Shown: positions 1-12,648 of the stretch, in pieces
Layout: each line of letters starts with the position of its first letter
Position numbering within the stretch: the first letter of the stretch is position 1
NCBI RefSeq assembly: GCF_037042905.1
Contig: NC_087258.1
Location: forward strand, 13,516,001 to 13,580,000
Reading direction: 5' to 3'
DNA length: 64,000 nucleotides
Source: Lytechinus pictus
Lineage: Eukaryota
The notes under the pieces: generated by a model
Told to the model about the DNA's origin: nothing
The model's database searches: none
What the model saw: only the letters and a program-made list of their open reading frames with translations
Position numbers and translations under genes: made by a program

Positions 1-531
1 TTGAACACTAACTTTAAAACTAGGTATACATGTATATTGTAGGCCTCCTTTTATTAATTCGCTCTGCAGAAAGAAGACATAAAATCTGTTTATATGAAGA
101 TAAGAAAAAAATAAAAAAATACACTGATCACTCAAAGATCAGTTTCTTCACAAACCAATTACTTTTACATCCCAATATTGTGATGCACAGATATTTCCCC
201 AATTTTGTACCACCATATTAAATAGTTGCCATTTTAATGATTCTGGATCTTGTAGACACAAAGCTTTATGACCGATCAAAGAGCTGAATATAAACTTTAT
301 TGCACTGGTTGTTATTATGTGCAATAAATTGTCAAGATAAATCGAAGAGTCATTCTCTATGCCTGCATTGTGTTCGAGGGACCTATAGTTTTCATGTGCA
401 GCAATGCATATGTAAAGGAGCGGAAACAGGAAATCAGAAAAAATAAACCCACTGCAAACTTATCTACATGTAGATTAATATTAATCAAGCCATTTTCTGC
501 CCCAAGTAATATCAAAGATATTCCTTATATA

Positions 532-756
532 CACAGTTGTGCGCAAAAGTTAGTGAACCCCACCACAAAATGCACTCCTTCATGCCAAGTGTTGAATGTA
601 GACAACAATACTACAATGTTCAGTGAGCCCAGAGAAACAAAATTTATTGAATGTAATATTTTATCACCTGACTTCACAATTAAATATCTAAAACATGGCA
701 GAACTTGAACACTTTAAATATGTTCATTTTCTGGTGGGGTTCACTAACTTTTGACT
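532..756. mobile_element. Tc1/mariner-like non-autonomous remnant
   Basis: Inverted repeats CAAAAGTTAGTGAACCCCACCA / TGGTGGGGTTCACTAACTTTTG, starting near TA-CACAGT. Confidence 0.55.
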
Positions 757-777
757 TCCACATATACTAGTGCTTAC

Positions 778-923
778 TTTGCCAACCAGTTTCCCACTAT
801 AGATTCAGAGACGCCCATCACATAGACATTAGCAGTGTCTATGAAGTTCCCTCCAAGCTCTGAAAATCGGTCCAAGATCTTATGAGCTGCTTCTTCATCA
901 CACTGCCCTGGTCTGGTTGGATC
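778..923 (-). CDS. Aldo-keto reductase family protein, coding exon 2 (gene continues beyond window start)
   Basis: TTTTAG acceptor. Translates [48 protein letters not shown](K), containing the [14 protein letters not shown] motif with catalytic Asp/Tyr. Ends at an AA|GTAAGC donor. Confidence 0.9.
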
Positions 924-2480
924 CTAAAATAAGGGACAAGAAATTTGATAAATGCTAGAAGAAACATACACCTTTTTTCCTTTATTTTGACATTTTATAT
1001 TAATCCACAAACATACCCTCCTTCTTTATCCTCCCTCTACTCTTCTTTTCTTCCTTTTTCGCTTGTTTTCTATGTTTTTCCTTCTCAAGTCACCATCTTC
1101 ACAGAAGCTTTGAACTTCATCCTCTTCACATTAATTTTTGTATGAACTTACAAAAATATTCAGTGTCTAGATAAAATCAGATTTTTTTTTTTTGCTAGTC
1201 AATTTTCTCTGGTGAAAGTATGTTTGATTTGGGAATGACAACTTTGGTTATTCAGTCCCCATCTTTCACTAGATTCATTCTATAGAAGTGAAGTCATTTA
1301 TTTCTTCTAGTTTAAATAAGGAAACCAATAAATTTTAATATTTGGCACCTTCCTGTGCACTCATGTCAGTGAATAGAGGTGGAAATGGGATTTGATTGAC
1401 TGAAGCAGGCCTGGACTAAAAAAGCACAGGTGCATAGAAAGAAAACATAATCCCTATTTCATGATAATTAAAAAAAATAAAACTATGAGAAATAAAAATA
1501 CATTTCCTATAACAACAGGCAGTAGATCGAGAGGTGATTTCATGAACAAGAGGGGGGTACGGAATTGTAAGAGTTCCTTCTGAGCATGTTAAAATCATCC
1601 AAACGTGTACAATATGGCGCATAACTCCAAAGTTCTTGTGGACTTCAAAATGATGATTGACGATTGTATTGCCTCTCCAGCATTGAAGAACTTTGATAAT
1701 TCTATTTCCATCATCTCTATCTTTTGGACAAATGAGCTAATACGAAATTTATTCAGAATGCGAAGAAAATAATTCTTTAAGTTGTTAAGCATTGAAAATC
1801 AAGGGAGGACAGAAAAAAAAATTGAGGGTGGGGGACACGTCCCATTTGCATCCCCCATCCCTCAGCCAGAGATGATCACCACCAGCTGACAAATAGTCAG
1901 TTTAGCATATTTGTACCAGTTAATGATACCAAAAGAAAAGAGGTCTCTATCAGCTATCTAACTTTTTAAGTAGAAAGTTTAGTTTATGATCTGATTTCTC
2001 TTCAGTCTCTGAATTTTCTGTCAGTCAGATCTGTAAGTAACTGTTGATGAAACCTATTTTCCTGGGATAAAAATCCAAGAAGTCCTGTCATAATAATAAT
2101 AAGAAGAAATCACGGGAAAAGTAAGATCTTCGGAAATGGGAGAGTAAAGATATTGAGGAAAAGAAAAGGAAAGAAAAGATCGAGGAAAAATATATTATAT
2201 TAAACAAAATTTAAGAACAAAAAAAAAAGATAGTAACGAGTTGGCAGTAATATCAAACATGACTGGTCGCCATTATACCCAACAAACAACAACATGAAAC
2301 TCCTCCTCAAAATAGTAAATACTAATTTACTAGTAACTTTAATTGACCAAGTTCTGAGTCTGCAGGACAGCCGACGGCACATTCCCAATCATATTCATTC
2401 AACAAACACAGATTTCAGCGTTCCGGACTGGGTCAAATAAAATAGCAACAACAACTTTATTATATCTCCAATCTATTCAC

Positions 2481-2567
2481 CTGACTCTGTCCAAACGTCA
2501 TTGTTCCGAGGCAGATGTTTGAAACTTTCACTCCTGACCCACCAAGGTATCGAAATTGGACAGCCAT
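2481..2567 (-). CDS. Aldo-keto reductase family protein, coding exon 1
   Basis: ATG at 2567 gives MAVQFRYLGGSGVKVSNICLGTMTFGQSQ, the classic AKR N-terminus (LG.SG.KVS..CLGTMTFG). Ends at a CAG|GTGAAT donor, 87 nt, phase 0. Confidence 0.9.
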
Positions 2568-4482
2568 GACTGATTTTTTTGTAAAATGCCGTTTGCAGGT
2601 ACAGCAACAGAGACCAAAAACTCGAAACAGCTCCCGAATTACATGAAACCGTATATAGAGCTAGCTACAGTTTATTAGCTTAGCTAGCTCACGTGACGCG
2701 CGCAGCGAGTTTGTCGTCTGCTAGCGCACTCGACTCTTGACATTTTCAGTCCGTTTTATTTCAGACACAATAATTAGGATTTTCACAAATAAACACCAAT
2801 TCCGGCTACATTTTCACATTTTTCCGATCCAATTTTTCTCCTTCTTTTTTCAAAGCATAGTTTGTTTGCTTTCATAGTTAGACAAACATGCAAAAGTAAA
2901 TTTAAACTTTTAAAATTGTATTACATTCATTTCCAGAAAACAGAGAGAATAATATGGGGCAATTACCTCACCAATGAGTTTTTAATAATTTCCCCATGCT
3001 CGAGCTTACATGCCTTTGATCCAGGCTGGGCCCCCCAGGCTTCTCTCACTTATCCTTCATTTTCACACTCAAGCTATGAAGGAAAAAAATGCTTTGCCCA
3101 ATGAATCTTCCACTCTCACACGTCACCCCTCCCCCTTCCATCATATTTCCTTCTATTACTTCTGTATCCCATCCATCTCCTATTTCTTCCCTCCAAGCTT
3201 CCACCTTCGTTCTCTTGCTCTTCCCCTTTTCATAATATATATCCCCCCTTCTGTCATTCCCTCGCTCCCCCACTCTCACTTGTGATGTTTCTCTCGTGCT
3301 CACCCACTCTCTCTCTTTTCCTATATGTACATTAAATAAATGAAAACAAAGAAACGAATAGATTAAGATATCATTTCAGTTCCACAACAAAATTTTAATC
3401 ACAACCATGAATGTTCACATCAATCAACACAAGACCTTTATAAATTCAACACAAAGGATAAAATGATTTTTCTGTTTTTTTTTTTTTTAGTTCTTAAGAA
3501 AATTTGTAATGCTCCCTAAATTTAAAATGGCTTTTTTTAATAGCAGTTGCTGAAGTGAAGTAAAAATGGACGAAAATATGTGTCGAATGTACAAAAAGGT
3601 TGATCATATGATATGAATTGCCCTAAAGCTATCTATCATAAAGTAGAACATTAGTTAATCAATGCTCCTTGCCAAAAAGGGATGGCTCATCATCTTTTAG
3701 TTTAATTTAAGAATAAATCTAATAGTGAGGTTTGATTTACAAGAAATAATCATAATGTATGATTTTTTTTTATAACACTGTGATCACTAAAGCATGATTT
3801 GTTCACCTTTGGTAGTTCTGCATGCAAATATATGTTGGACAATGTATACTATTGCTACAAATCTCACAGTAGCCACTTAATTACCATTCAAGTCTCAGAG
3901 CACCAACATGAACAACTTTCATCAGCCAATGACAAAGAGAGACAACTTTGGCATAAACTAAGTGTCTAAATTAAAAGATACCTGATCATATTTATACTGT
4001 CATTGTTTTGCAACATGTGTCTACATAATTGTATAAATTGGGAAACATGTGATCTTAACTTCTTTCTTCTTCATCAAAGCATAAACTTTTACTTAAGAAA
4101 ATGAAGTGAACCCTTGATCTAGAAAGTCTATTGAAAATTAAAATTGAGGAAATTTCCTTTCATCATAAATTCACAATATTGTGTAAACCAGTTACCGGGC
4201 AGTATCACAAACACTTGGCTTTTCTCTTCATCATTAGAGCAAAAGTTTGGAAAGCATATTAGATGAACCCTAAATCAAGAAAGTCTCTTTTGAAAAAAAT
4301 TGAATTGGAGTTAAATTCCTTTCGTCATGGATCACAATATTGTGTAAAACAATATCACAAAACTTTTGTCATGTTTGGATCCAAAAATTAATTGTAAGTC
4401 TGGCAATTGATAGCAACATCTACTAGACTGCTTGTCTGCTTTTTGCAAAAAGCAGTAAAATCAATTTGCATTTGTTACAACA

Positions 4483-4752
4483 GGGCCCATCTTACAAAGA
4501 GTTGCGATTGATCTGATCAATCTAAACTATATGGAAATCCATCAATGTCGTCATTTTTTCTACAAAAAATTTGCATGATGTCCTTTGTAAACAGAGAGAG
4601 TAACACTGAATTTTTAAGAAAACAATGAATGTATGATTATACATCACATCTAGAAAATATTTGAACAAACATGCATTTTAGATGTTGACGTTGCTGGCTT
4701 TCCATAGTTGAGAATGATCGTATCAATCGTAACTCTTTGTAAGACAAGGCCC
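4483..4752. mobile_element. PIF/Harbinger-like MITE, family 1
   Basis: TIR GGGCCC.TCTTACAAAGAGTT, CWG flanks. Other copies at 23514, 43700 and 49671. Confidence 0.75.
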
Positions 4753-5825
4753 TGGTATATCACTTGTAACTTTGCCTTCTTGCAACACCCCCTTCGTTTT
4801 TTCTCAATCATTAGAGCACAGGTTTGTAGTGCAAATAAAGTGAACAGATCAACTCAATCAAGGAAGTCTCTTTTGAAAAATAAAATTGGAGTTTAACTTC
4901 TTTTACCATGGATCACAATGTTGGGTAAATCGATATCGCAAACACATTTGCTGTTTCCACATTTTCTTCCAGCCAGCCTCATCATTTCCACTACAGTTTC
5001 AAAATGGAGCAAGTGACACAACTTTTGTTTCCTGCAAAAGTCATGACTGCAGTATGTCTTGCCTATTCTTTCTCTCCATTGATAAAGAGTGTAAATGAAA
5101 TTTTGCAAAAAAAGATGGCACAAGTAAAATATTAAATTCCAATTCTAATAGATATGTCACTTGAAAGCTCGTGTCAATGAAGGGTAGGTGTACTACAGAC
5201 AGTGTATCATTAAATAGTCTTCTGCATGATATTTTGGTTTTCTTAACAAGTGGCAAAGTGAGCAAAAAAAAGTTGACTGGGCAGAACATAAAGTACAAGG
5301 GAAATTTACTGAAGTCATAAGTGAGTTAGAAAAAAATCTCTTTTCAAACCACGAAAATGTCTTTTATGACAGGCTTAATCATAATTATCGAGAAAATGAT
5401 TTCATATTTTACCCTATTCTCTTTCTTTTTCTTCTTTGCTTATTCTTTTTTTTCTCAATCATGGAACTATTCTAAGCCCACCCCCCCCCCACTGTACGCC
5501 AGTATTCCCAACTTTGTATTGGTTTTATTCATGAGAGAACTGAATCATTAGCAAGGATTGACGCTATCAAAATGTGTTTTTTACTGTTTTTGTTTGGGGG
5601 TGTTGTTATCTTTGCTATAAACATAATAAACATAACAAGGTTTATATAAACTAAACTCTGTTTTTTATTAAACTCATATACTTCAGAAATGAATCGGAAG
5701 TGCATCTCAACCTATTTCTTTATAATTAAGGAATGTTTTTCATTTCATTACCACTTTGGAAAGCAACATGAAATATATATAAATTCTGAAAAAATGAGAA
5801 CATATATGATTGACCTTTGACCTCA

Positions 5826-6011
5826 TCATAAAAGGGGATATTTTCTAGAGACATTGAAATTTGCTTCAGCCATGGAGAGCCCCGCCCTTTCTAGCCGTTG
5901 GAGGTCTACCCTCAGTGCATGCGAACGGTTGAGAAGCTCGTGCGTGTGGCGAGATGGGCCAAGAGGGCGCCCTGCTGTCGTGTCTTGGTACCCATCCAGT
6001 GATGGGTCAAA
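5826..6011 (-). CDS. MIIP: MIIP-like, terminal coding exon 8
   Basis: TTTTAG acceptor, GC-richer open frame FDPSLDGYQD...HELLNRSHALRVDLQRLE...KYPLL then TGA. Total CDS 1626 nt = 541 aa. Confidence 0.75.
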   Translation of the reverse strand, partial: FDPSLDGYQDTTAGRPLGPSRHTHELLNRSHALRVDLQRLERAGLSMAEANFNVSRKYPLL

Positions 6012-6088
6012 CTAAAAGGATACAGAATGAGAATATAAGTAATATGGGTAAACGATGAGTGCATCTTAGTTCAACAATAGGAGTACAG

Positions 6089-6245
6089 GGGGGCGTTTCA
6101 TGAAAGGACTTGTCGGACGTTTTATCCGACAAGTCCCATTTTATCCGACAGTTACCATAGTAACAGTACCTCTCAGCCAATCAACATCAGAGAAAGATGT
6201 CAGATCTGACAACTTGTCGGATGAAAATGTTGATGAAACACTCCC
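6089..6245. mobile_element. PIF/Harbinger-like MITE
   Basis: GGGGGCGTTTCAT...ATGAAACACTCCC with CAG/CTG flanks; internal ACTTGTCGGA repeats. Confidence 0.6.
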
Positions 6246-6261
6246 CTGGACTCCGTCTTAT

Positions 6262-6680
6262 CTGGGTGCTATATAACTTTTTAGAAGCACTTGCCCGGTC
6301 AGGCAAGTAAATTTTTAAATAGTTGGAATATACTTGCCCAAAAATCTATTTCACTTGCCCGAAAAAATCCTTGAAAAATAGTTTTACCTCTTCAAAGGAA
6401 AGTTTTGCGGTCATTTAAACCATTGACCTTTTCTCTCTTTTTACATGATCTGATCTACCTTGTTATTGCATTTCTTTTTCCAAAGTGATTTTATCTTGCC
6501 TGCCATGACCAAAATTAAGGTCAATATCATATCATATCGACCCAAATTTTGGTCATTCTAAAGTGAGAATCTTGCTTGCCCAATTCGGGCAAGTGTTTTT
6601 TATTTTTACTTCAAAACACTTGCCCAATTCTAACTTTTACTTGCCCCGGGCAATCGGGGAAGTGCTTATGTAGCACCCTG
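6262..6680. mobile_element. hAT-like MITE
   Basis: CTGGGTGCTAT...GTAGCACCCTG termini; subterminal ACTTGCCC repeats in both orientations. Confidence 0.6.
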
Positions 6681-7235
6681 GTCTTTTAAGGTCTTGCAAT
6701 ATTCATAGATTTTTTTTCTCTCATAAAAAATAAGCTGGTCCATTTTGTTCCTTTTATTCTGCTAAAAATGTTGACCACTGGATTCATTTTACCTCAGTGA
6801 GTAGTGGTAACATCAATATTTTTGTGCCTTCTGTATTTACATAACACTGAAGGAGCCAACCTTCTTCACAAAACTACCAAAACTAATAATAGCAGATTAC
6901 AGCCATGGCTGTCAAGAATTTGACAAACATCTTTTCTTGCCAATCGTCATACTACAACATTGGGGCATACAAAAAAACTTCTGAGAAAAAAAAAACCCAC
7001 ACAAAAAAAAGGAGCTCTATGACTTTCAGAGCGACTCTCCAGCATGCCCAATTCCTTTTGTCTATGATGGATCTTTAGTATTCGTGATGACAAGACATTT
7101 GCACTGGGATTCTTGTATGAATGAGTAAGGTTGGACTTTTGAAAAGGTGCCTTAACAAAACAAGACATAAAATTAGTCTCATGTAGAGATTTGTTCAAAT
7201 CAATTGATTGTAAAGTTTAGTCACTCAAGGCTCTG

Positions 7236-7392
7236 GGGCCCGTTTCATAAAAGACGTGCAACTGTTGTAACTTTGCCATTATGGCAACTACCATGGTAAC
7301 CTTGATTCTGATTGGCTGCTGAGCCCTGTTACCATTGCAGTTGCCATTATGGCAAAGTTACAAAAGTTGCAAGTCCTTTATCAAACGGGCCC
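7236..7392. mobile_element. PIF/Harbinger-like palindromic MITE
   Basis: GGGCCCGTTT...AAACGGGCCC with an exact CTG direct repeat on both sides; internally palindromic. Confidence 0.75.
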
Positions 7393-8171
7393 CTGATGTA
7401 ACAGAGGGGTATTCAGTTGAGGCAGGAAGTTTACATATACCCAAAAATTCAAAGAAGAGTTGACATTTGCAAAACATCATGAAATTGACTGTATCTTATC
7501 AAATATTTGTGTTATCATGACGAATTTGATATCAAACAAATGAGTGCGTCATGCCCCTTTATCACATCGCTTTGCCATCAGGAGCTGAAAATCATTGAGG
7601 TGTCATTTTCCCCAAAAAATCTTCATATTTTAGATAAATTAAAAATAAAAAACTTGACAAAAACATTTCAAATTTGTGCAAGTTACTTCTCAACATTAAC
7701 ATTTCAGATTACACTTTTTAGTTCAGTGGTGACATATCATGACAGATATAACATGAATCATAGATTTGACATTTATATATTTCTGTGAAAATATAAAAAA
7801 ATAGCATACATTTAGCATGAATATTACTCCTTTTTTTTTCAAAGAAAATTCCACCTGAAATATAATCTCAAAGTCATCCCTATCATTTTTTTGTGGTATT
7901 TTGGGTGTCCCATTTACACAAAGAATTTTGAGCTATTGAGGTCATTGAAATGGTCATGAAACTAGTTACATTTCAGTTGGCTACCAAAGACTGAAAAGAA
8001 GGCTATGTTTGTTTTCAATGCCTACCGGATGGAACATAACACTGCTTTTATAATGGTTTCGAACTCAGGATGGCCTAAAGCTCAAAGTTCCAATGTAAAT
8101 GGGACACCAAAATTGTCACAACTTGGCACTCCATTTTATGTAATTAACCTGGTACAAATTTAAGTACTTAC

Positions 8172-8279
8172 AAGAGTGTTTGCAGCCACCATAGTTTTAT
8201 CCAGGGATGCTTTCAGATCAATAGTAGATGCAGGAGGCATCATGGACGGACGGGAGTTCTGCCAACCAGCTAAACAGTG
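8172..8279 (-). CDS. MIIP: MIIP-like, coding exon 7
   Basis: HCLAGWQNSRPSMMPPASTIDLKASL..., containing the MIIP HCL.GW motif. TTGCAG acceptor, GTAAGT donor, 108 nt, phase 0. Confidence 0.88.
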
Positions 8280-8367
8280 CTGCAACACCAGAGATAAGGT
8301 TAATTAATATGATGGTACAGAATGAGACAGAACAGAAACTTAATTAATATGGTAGAGGTGAGCCAAG

Positions 8368-8730
8368 TAAAGATAAATACCAGTTGTGGTAACAATCTCA
8401 AAATGAGTTCAAACAGAATCCAATAAAATTGCGCCAAATGAAGAAAATGTGTAATTGCTGAGAGATGAGCAAAATAAGCACAGAATTCCATCAAATGTCA
8501 GGTATTTTTCTAAGCAATATTAATACACTGTCCCACCCACATATGCCCTTTCTGTGATAGTGATCATCAGAATTATCAGATTTTTAAGCTAAGATTTCAT
8601 GATTTCACAAAGATAAGTTTACGTTAATATACCAGATGTAATCAATGATAATATTGTGACCATTTACCTTTATTAAAAAGACTTTGTAATGAAATAATCG
8701 TTTGCTGCAACTACTTTCTTTTACCTTTAA
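8368..8730. mobile_element. Kolobok/T2-like non-autonomous DNA transposon (same family as 60937-61353)
   Basis: Ends ...CTTTTACCTTTAA and is reverse-complement similar along its length to 60937-61353. Confidence 0.7.
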
Positions 8731-8869
8731 ATGAACAATTAGATCAAATAGAGTTACACGAAATGACGTAAAAGGCGTAAAACAAAAGGTTCTATTCTCT
8801 TTTTTCATCGCATTATGTGTCTCGTAAGACACACAGCAGTGATATCTGTCTAACCTTATATTTTCTGTT

Positions 8870-9127
8870 AATAATAATAATAATATGGAACATTCATATA
8901 GCGTTTAATATAAATGTTTCTACCCCGGCTTTAGCACGGCTACCCTGATCGGGAGCTCGAGTATTCAAGGAATTCCTTCCTACCAGATACCCATTTACTA
9001 CCCCTGAGTGGAGAGTGGCAAATACAGATAAATGCCTTGCTAAATGACGCGAGTGCTGTGGTGGGATTTGAACCCCGGACCTTGTGGTTCAAAGTCCGGA
9101 GACTTATCCACTGAGCCAAAACACCTC
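8870..9127 (-). mobile_element. tRNA-derived SINE
   Basis: Minus strand A box TGGCTCAGTGG and B box GGTTCAAATCC; body reverse-complementary to the SINE at 9479; (TTA)n tail. Confidence 0.72.
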
Positions 9128-9478
9128 TTTAAATCATTACATACATGTATTCAATCTAACTTTAAGACAATCAGATTCAGATTGTTCTAAGAAACTAGTG
9201 TTCTTCAATCCATTTCAAAAGTATTTAAATCTTTACATTCATCAAATTCTGATTATCTAGTGCCTCTCAAAGTTTTGAACACTTTAATTGCAAGAAAGAT
9301 AATTTGCTCACACGTGTACCTCAATGTGGTATCAACATCAACAAAAAGTGTATGGTAATGTTGTTTCCTTTAAAATTATCTAAACAACATTCTTTTTCAT
9401 GAGTACTTTTAATATAAATGAACCTTGGTCCATCCATAGAGTGATTTTGAATTAATTAGTTACTATACATCAACATGT

Positions 9479-9746
9479 GGAGCGTTGTGGCCCAGTGGAT
9501 TAGACTTTGAAACAGAGGGTCATAAGGTTCGAATCCCAGCCGTGGCGTAATTTCTTTCGGCAAGAAATTTATCCACATTGTGCCGCACTCGACCTAGGAA
9601 GAAATTCCTAAAATGCTCGAGTGCCCGATCAAGGTAGCCGTGCTAAAGCCGGGGTAATAATGATAGCAGGGCCCGCTGGGAGGACAGTTTTCGGAACTGA
9701 AGTGGCTACCCTGGGTAAATATGCCGATATTATCATTGTTATTATA
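9479..9746 (+). mobile_element. tRNA-derived SINE
   Basis: A box TGGCCCAGTGG, B box GGTTCGAATCC, body shared with 63520-63795, (ATT)n-like tail. The 3' tail is shared with 61721-61790. Confidence 0.75.
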
Positions 9747-9842
9747 AGTACTATCATGATTCATCACCCATAAGGAAAAACAAGGTAATATCCATTCCTG
9801 AGGGACAATATATAATAATTTTTCTTTTTTCACTCAACTTAC

Positions 9843-9939
9843 TTGAGACAAGCCCATAGAGTCAGTAGGATCAAAGCTCTGCCTTCGATGAGGACGAACA
9901 TGGTACGGCGATTGAAGAGTGGATCTTGGAATACTGACC
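9843..9939 (-). CDS. MIIP: MIIP-like, coding exon 6
   Basis: (R)VSIPRSTLQSPYHVRPHRRQSFDPTDSMGLSQ matches the MIIP RVSIP...HRR.SFD..D..AL motif. TTTCAG acceptor, GTAAGT donor. Confidence 0.9.
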
Positions 9940-10543
9940 CTGAAAATACATCAATATCAATATTCAGAGTCAGAGAACATAAAGTAATTTGAAATACAGT
10001 CAACCTTGTAAACCGTATATGTCACCTTAATTATGTTAATCCAGGGAAGGAAATATAATAATAATTTTCTTTTTTTAGGGCCTATCTTTTTCTCAACATT
10101 GGGGCAATTGCAGAATTTGGGGGACTATTTCTTTTATTTCAAGGGCTTCATTTTAGGGGCAACAAGCAATTATGCAGTAAATGCAAATATAATCATTCTG
10201 CCATAGTTAGAATATTGACTTTCTAATCCAGTCTTGAATACTGTTTGTGACAGATCTTGGGGCGACTCTAAAAAGAATGGTCGCCCCAAAGCATGTATTT
10301 AGGGGGATTTTTAGGGGCTATTTGAGCTGTCAAGAGGGTGAAATCGCCCATTGCCCTCATGTACTTCCTACACTGTGTAATGTCACTGTGTTAATCAATT
10401 ATCGAAAGCCTATTTTATAGAACAGACTATGCAAAACATGTGTCACCTATTTTACGACAGGTCTGATTTCTACCCAACGAGATTTGACTTGGACACAGAG
10501 CTTTACATTTACAAAATCAAATGATCAAAACGACAAACTGATA

Positions 10544-10845
10544 GGCCCCTATTCTGAACTTGGGTTTAAATCAAATCCTGGTTTAAAGTTGTGGTTTAAC
10601 TATGGAGAGCCAATTGGGGCACAAATCCCTAACAGTACACATCCAATTTATCAACTCATATGACTCCCAAATTGACTGGGAATGATAACTGAAGTATTTT
10701 TCATCATTATGAAACCAAAAGGAAACAAAATAGTACACATAAGAAATATACAATATAAACAGAATGTTGGCATTTTTGGCTCCCCATAATTTTAGCACAG
10801 ACTTTGACCATGGTCTAAGTTAAACCTGACTTCAAAATACGGGCC
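10544..10845. mobile_element. MITE (GGCC.GTATTCTGAA TIR), related copy at 60298-60605
   Basis: Terminal inverted repeats GGCCCCTATTCTGAA / TTCAAAATACGGGCC; internal similarity to 60298-60605 in reverse orientation. Confidence 0.65.
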
Positions 10846-11201
10846 ATAGTAATATATCCTCAATTGGTCTCCCTCCCCACCCCACCTGATTCTGAATTTG
10901 AGTTAGATGAATTTAAGGCACTATATCTCACTTTCGTTTGTCTCTAGACTAGTTAGCACACAACTATTTCATCTAATTCAACTAGGCCTCAGTTTGTTCA
11001 ATTCAGTCTAAAACTCTTGCAGTGGCAGATCCGCAGGCTGGGGTCGCCCCCCCTCCCCATTTGAGGGGGGGGGGAAAGAAGAAATGAAAAAAATACAATA
11101 AAAAAGTGTGTGGAGGCAATACAATTCTATCTCTCTCTTTTCAAATAAACAAAAGTTTTGCTGATACCGAAGGCAATATATTTCAGCAGCAAAAGGCTTA
11201 C

Positions 11202-11340
11202 CTAATATAAGAAGGTGAAGATAGGGATTTCTTTTCGCTGCTCCTTCTATGCTCACAGATAGCACACAGGCTCTCTCCGGCATTGTTTTCATGCAGCGGC
11301 ACAGCATACAGCCTATCATTGAGCACATAGTTGTGAATAC
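11202..11340 (-). CDS. MIIP: MIIP-like, coding exon 5
   Basis: (C)IHNYVLNDRLYAVPLHENNAGESLCAICEHRR...PSYI(R), similar to the MIIP C.Y.Y.VN.RLF.VP...C..C segment. TTGTAG acceptor, GTAAGC donor. Confidence 0.85.
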
Positions 11341-11379
11341 CTACAAGTAGAAAATGCAAGGTCACATTTATGATTTTAA

Positions 11380-11652
11380 TAATACTAATAAAGCATTTTC
11401 AAAGCATCGATTTATCTAGTCACATATTCAACGGTGCCATATATATATACCCAGGCTTTACATTCACCTAAACATGCTTTGTGCATTCAAGGAATCGATA
11501 CAGGTAATGCCAGTTGTTCTTTCACCCCAGCAGAGTTGGGTGCAACATGATGAGGATCAATTTCTTGTTGGTGGAGATGCCATTGTTGGGATTCAAACCC
11601 ATGACCCTCTGTTGCAAAGGTAAGAGTCTGAACCACCAGACCACAAAGTGCC
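11380..11652 (-). mobile_element. Degenerate tRNA-derived SINE
   Basis: Minus strand TGGTCTGGTGGTT A box and GGTTTGAATCC B box. Confidence 0.55.
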
Positions 11653-11954
11653 ATATTTTGAAAAATAATAATAATGAATGGATTCTTGGATTAAATTTCA
11701 AGAAATTTCAATATTCTAGACAAAACTCAAAGGGGAAAACACTAATAGAAAAATATACAACATTGTTGAGACTTATCATAATTTTCATTTTTCTTTTTAC
11801 CTTTTTTTCCAACAAAAAAGGAAAATATTCAAGTCTACTACAAAAAATCTTAGCAGTCTTTTTAGTTGGTGGTTATTCAATGTGATTCAGTGGTCAACCA
11901 CACACAGTTATCTATACCCATTATCAAACAATGACCTACACCTTACACACTCAC

Positions 11955-12034
11955 ATTTATGTTCTTTGGGCTCAGGATACGGTTCATGAACATCTTCATT
12001 ACCCCGGGATATGTTCATTATTCCATCAGCTGCA
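11955..12034 (-). CDS. MIIP: MIIP-like, coding exon 4
   Basis: CAACAG acceptor, T|GTGAGT donor. 80 nt fits phases 2 to 1. Encodes AADGIMNISRGNEDVHEPYPEPKEHK. Confidence 0.75.
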
Positions 12035-12507
12035 CTGTTGGAATAAAAAAAATAAGATTGAATGAAATTCAAATGAAGTACAATTCTTGTATATAAATAT
12101 ATATATGTATACAGGGTATATTATTCATCATAACACTGCTAATGTGCTTTACAGATATGTACCCAGGCATAGATAGGATTCTGGCATGCCTGAATACATA
12201 GAATGCATTTTCTCTATTCCTGGCTTAAGGGGGGGGGGGGGTATAGCAGCATCCAATTATTAGGGCTTACTTGGAAAGCCTTGAAACCCCTATTTGCAAA
12301 GCAGAGACATCATCTTTCTCTCTTTAACAGGTAGAGAGGGAAAAATTGTTTCCCCTCTCAGTCTATAATACAGAGCATTCATGATCTCTGCTTTGAAAGG
12401 AATTAAATAATACAAATTCAGTACAGCAGCATTTTTAACACCCTAACCTCCTCGCCTTTACTTGAAATCATCCATTGCATGAGTAAACATCATATTCGCT
12501 AGATTCT

Positions 12508-12639
12508 GGGCCCCCACGACATAAAGCTTAGTAATTGATCACAAGGCTGATTTTTACAATTGAACATACACAACAATCAATGTAATCTATCATAGAAATC
12601 GTCCCAGGATTAATCGCTAATGTTTATGTCTCAGGGCCC
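12508..12639. mobile_element. Short Harbinger-like MITE adjacent to the MIIP exon 3 donor
   Basis: GGGCCC...CATAAAGCTTAG / CTAATGTTTATG...GGGCCC inverted ends; a similar element lies at 41219-41382. Confidence 0.55.
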
Positions 12640-12648
12640 TTGACTTAC

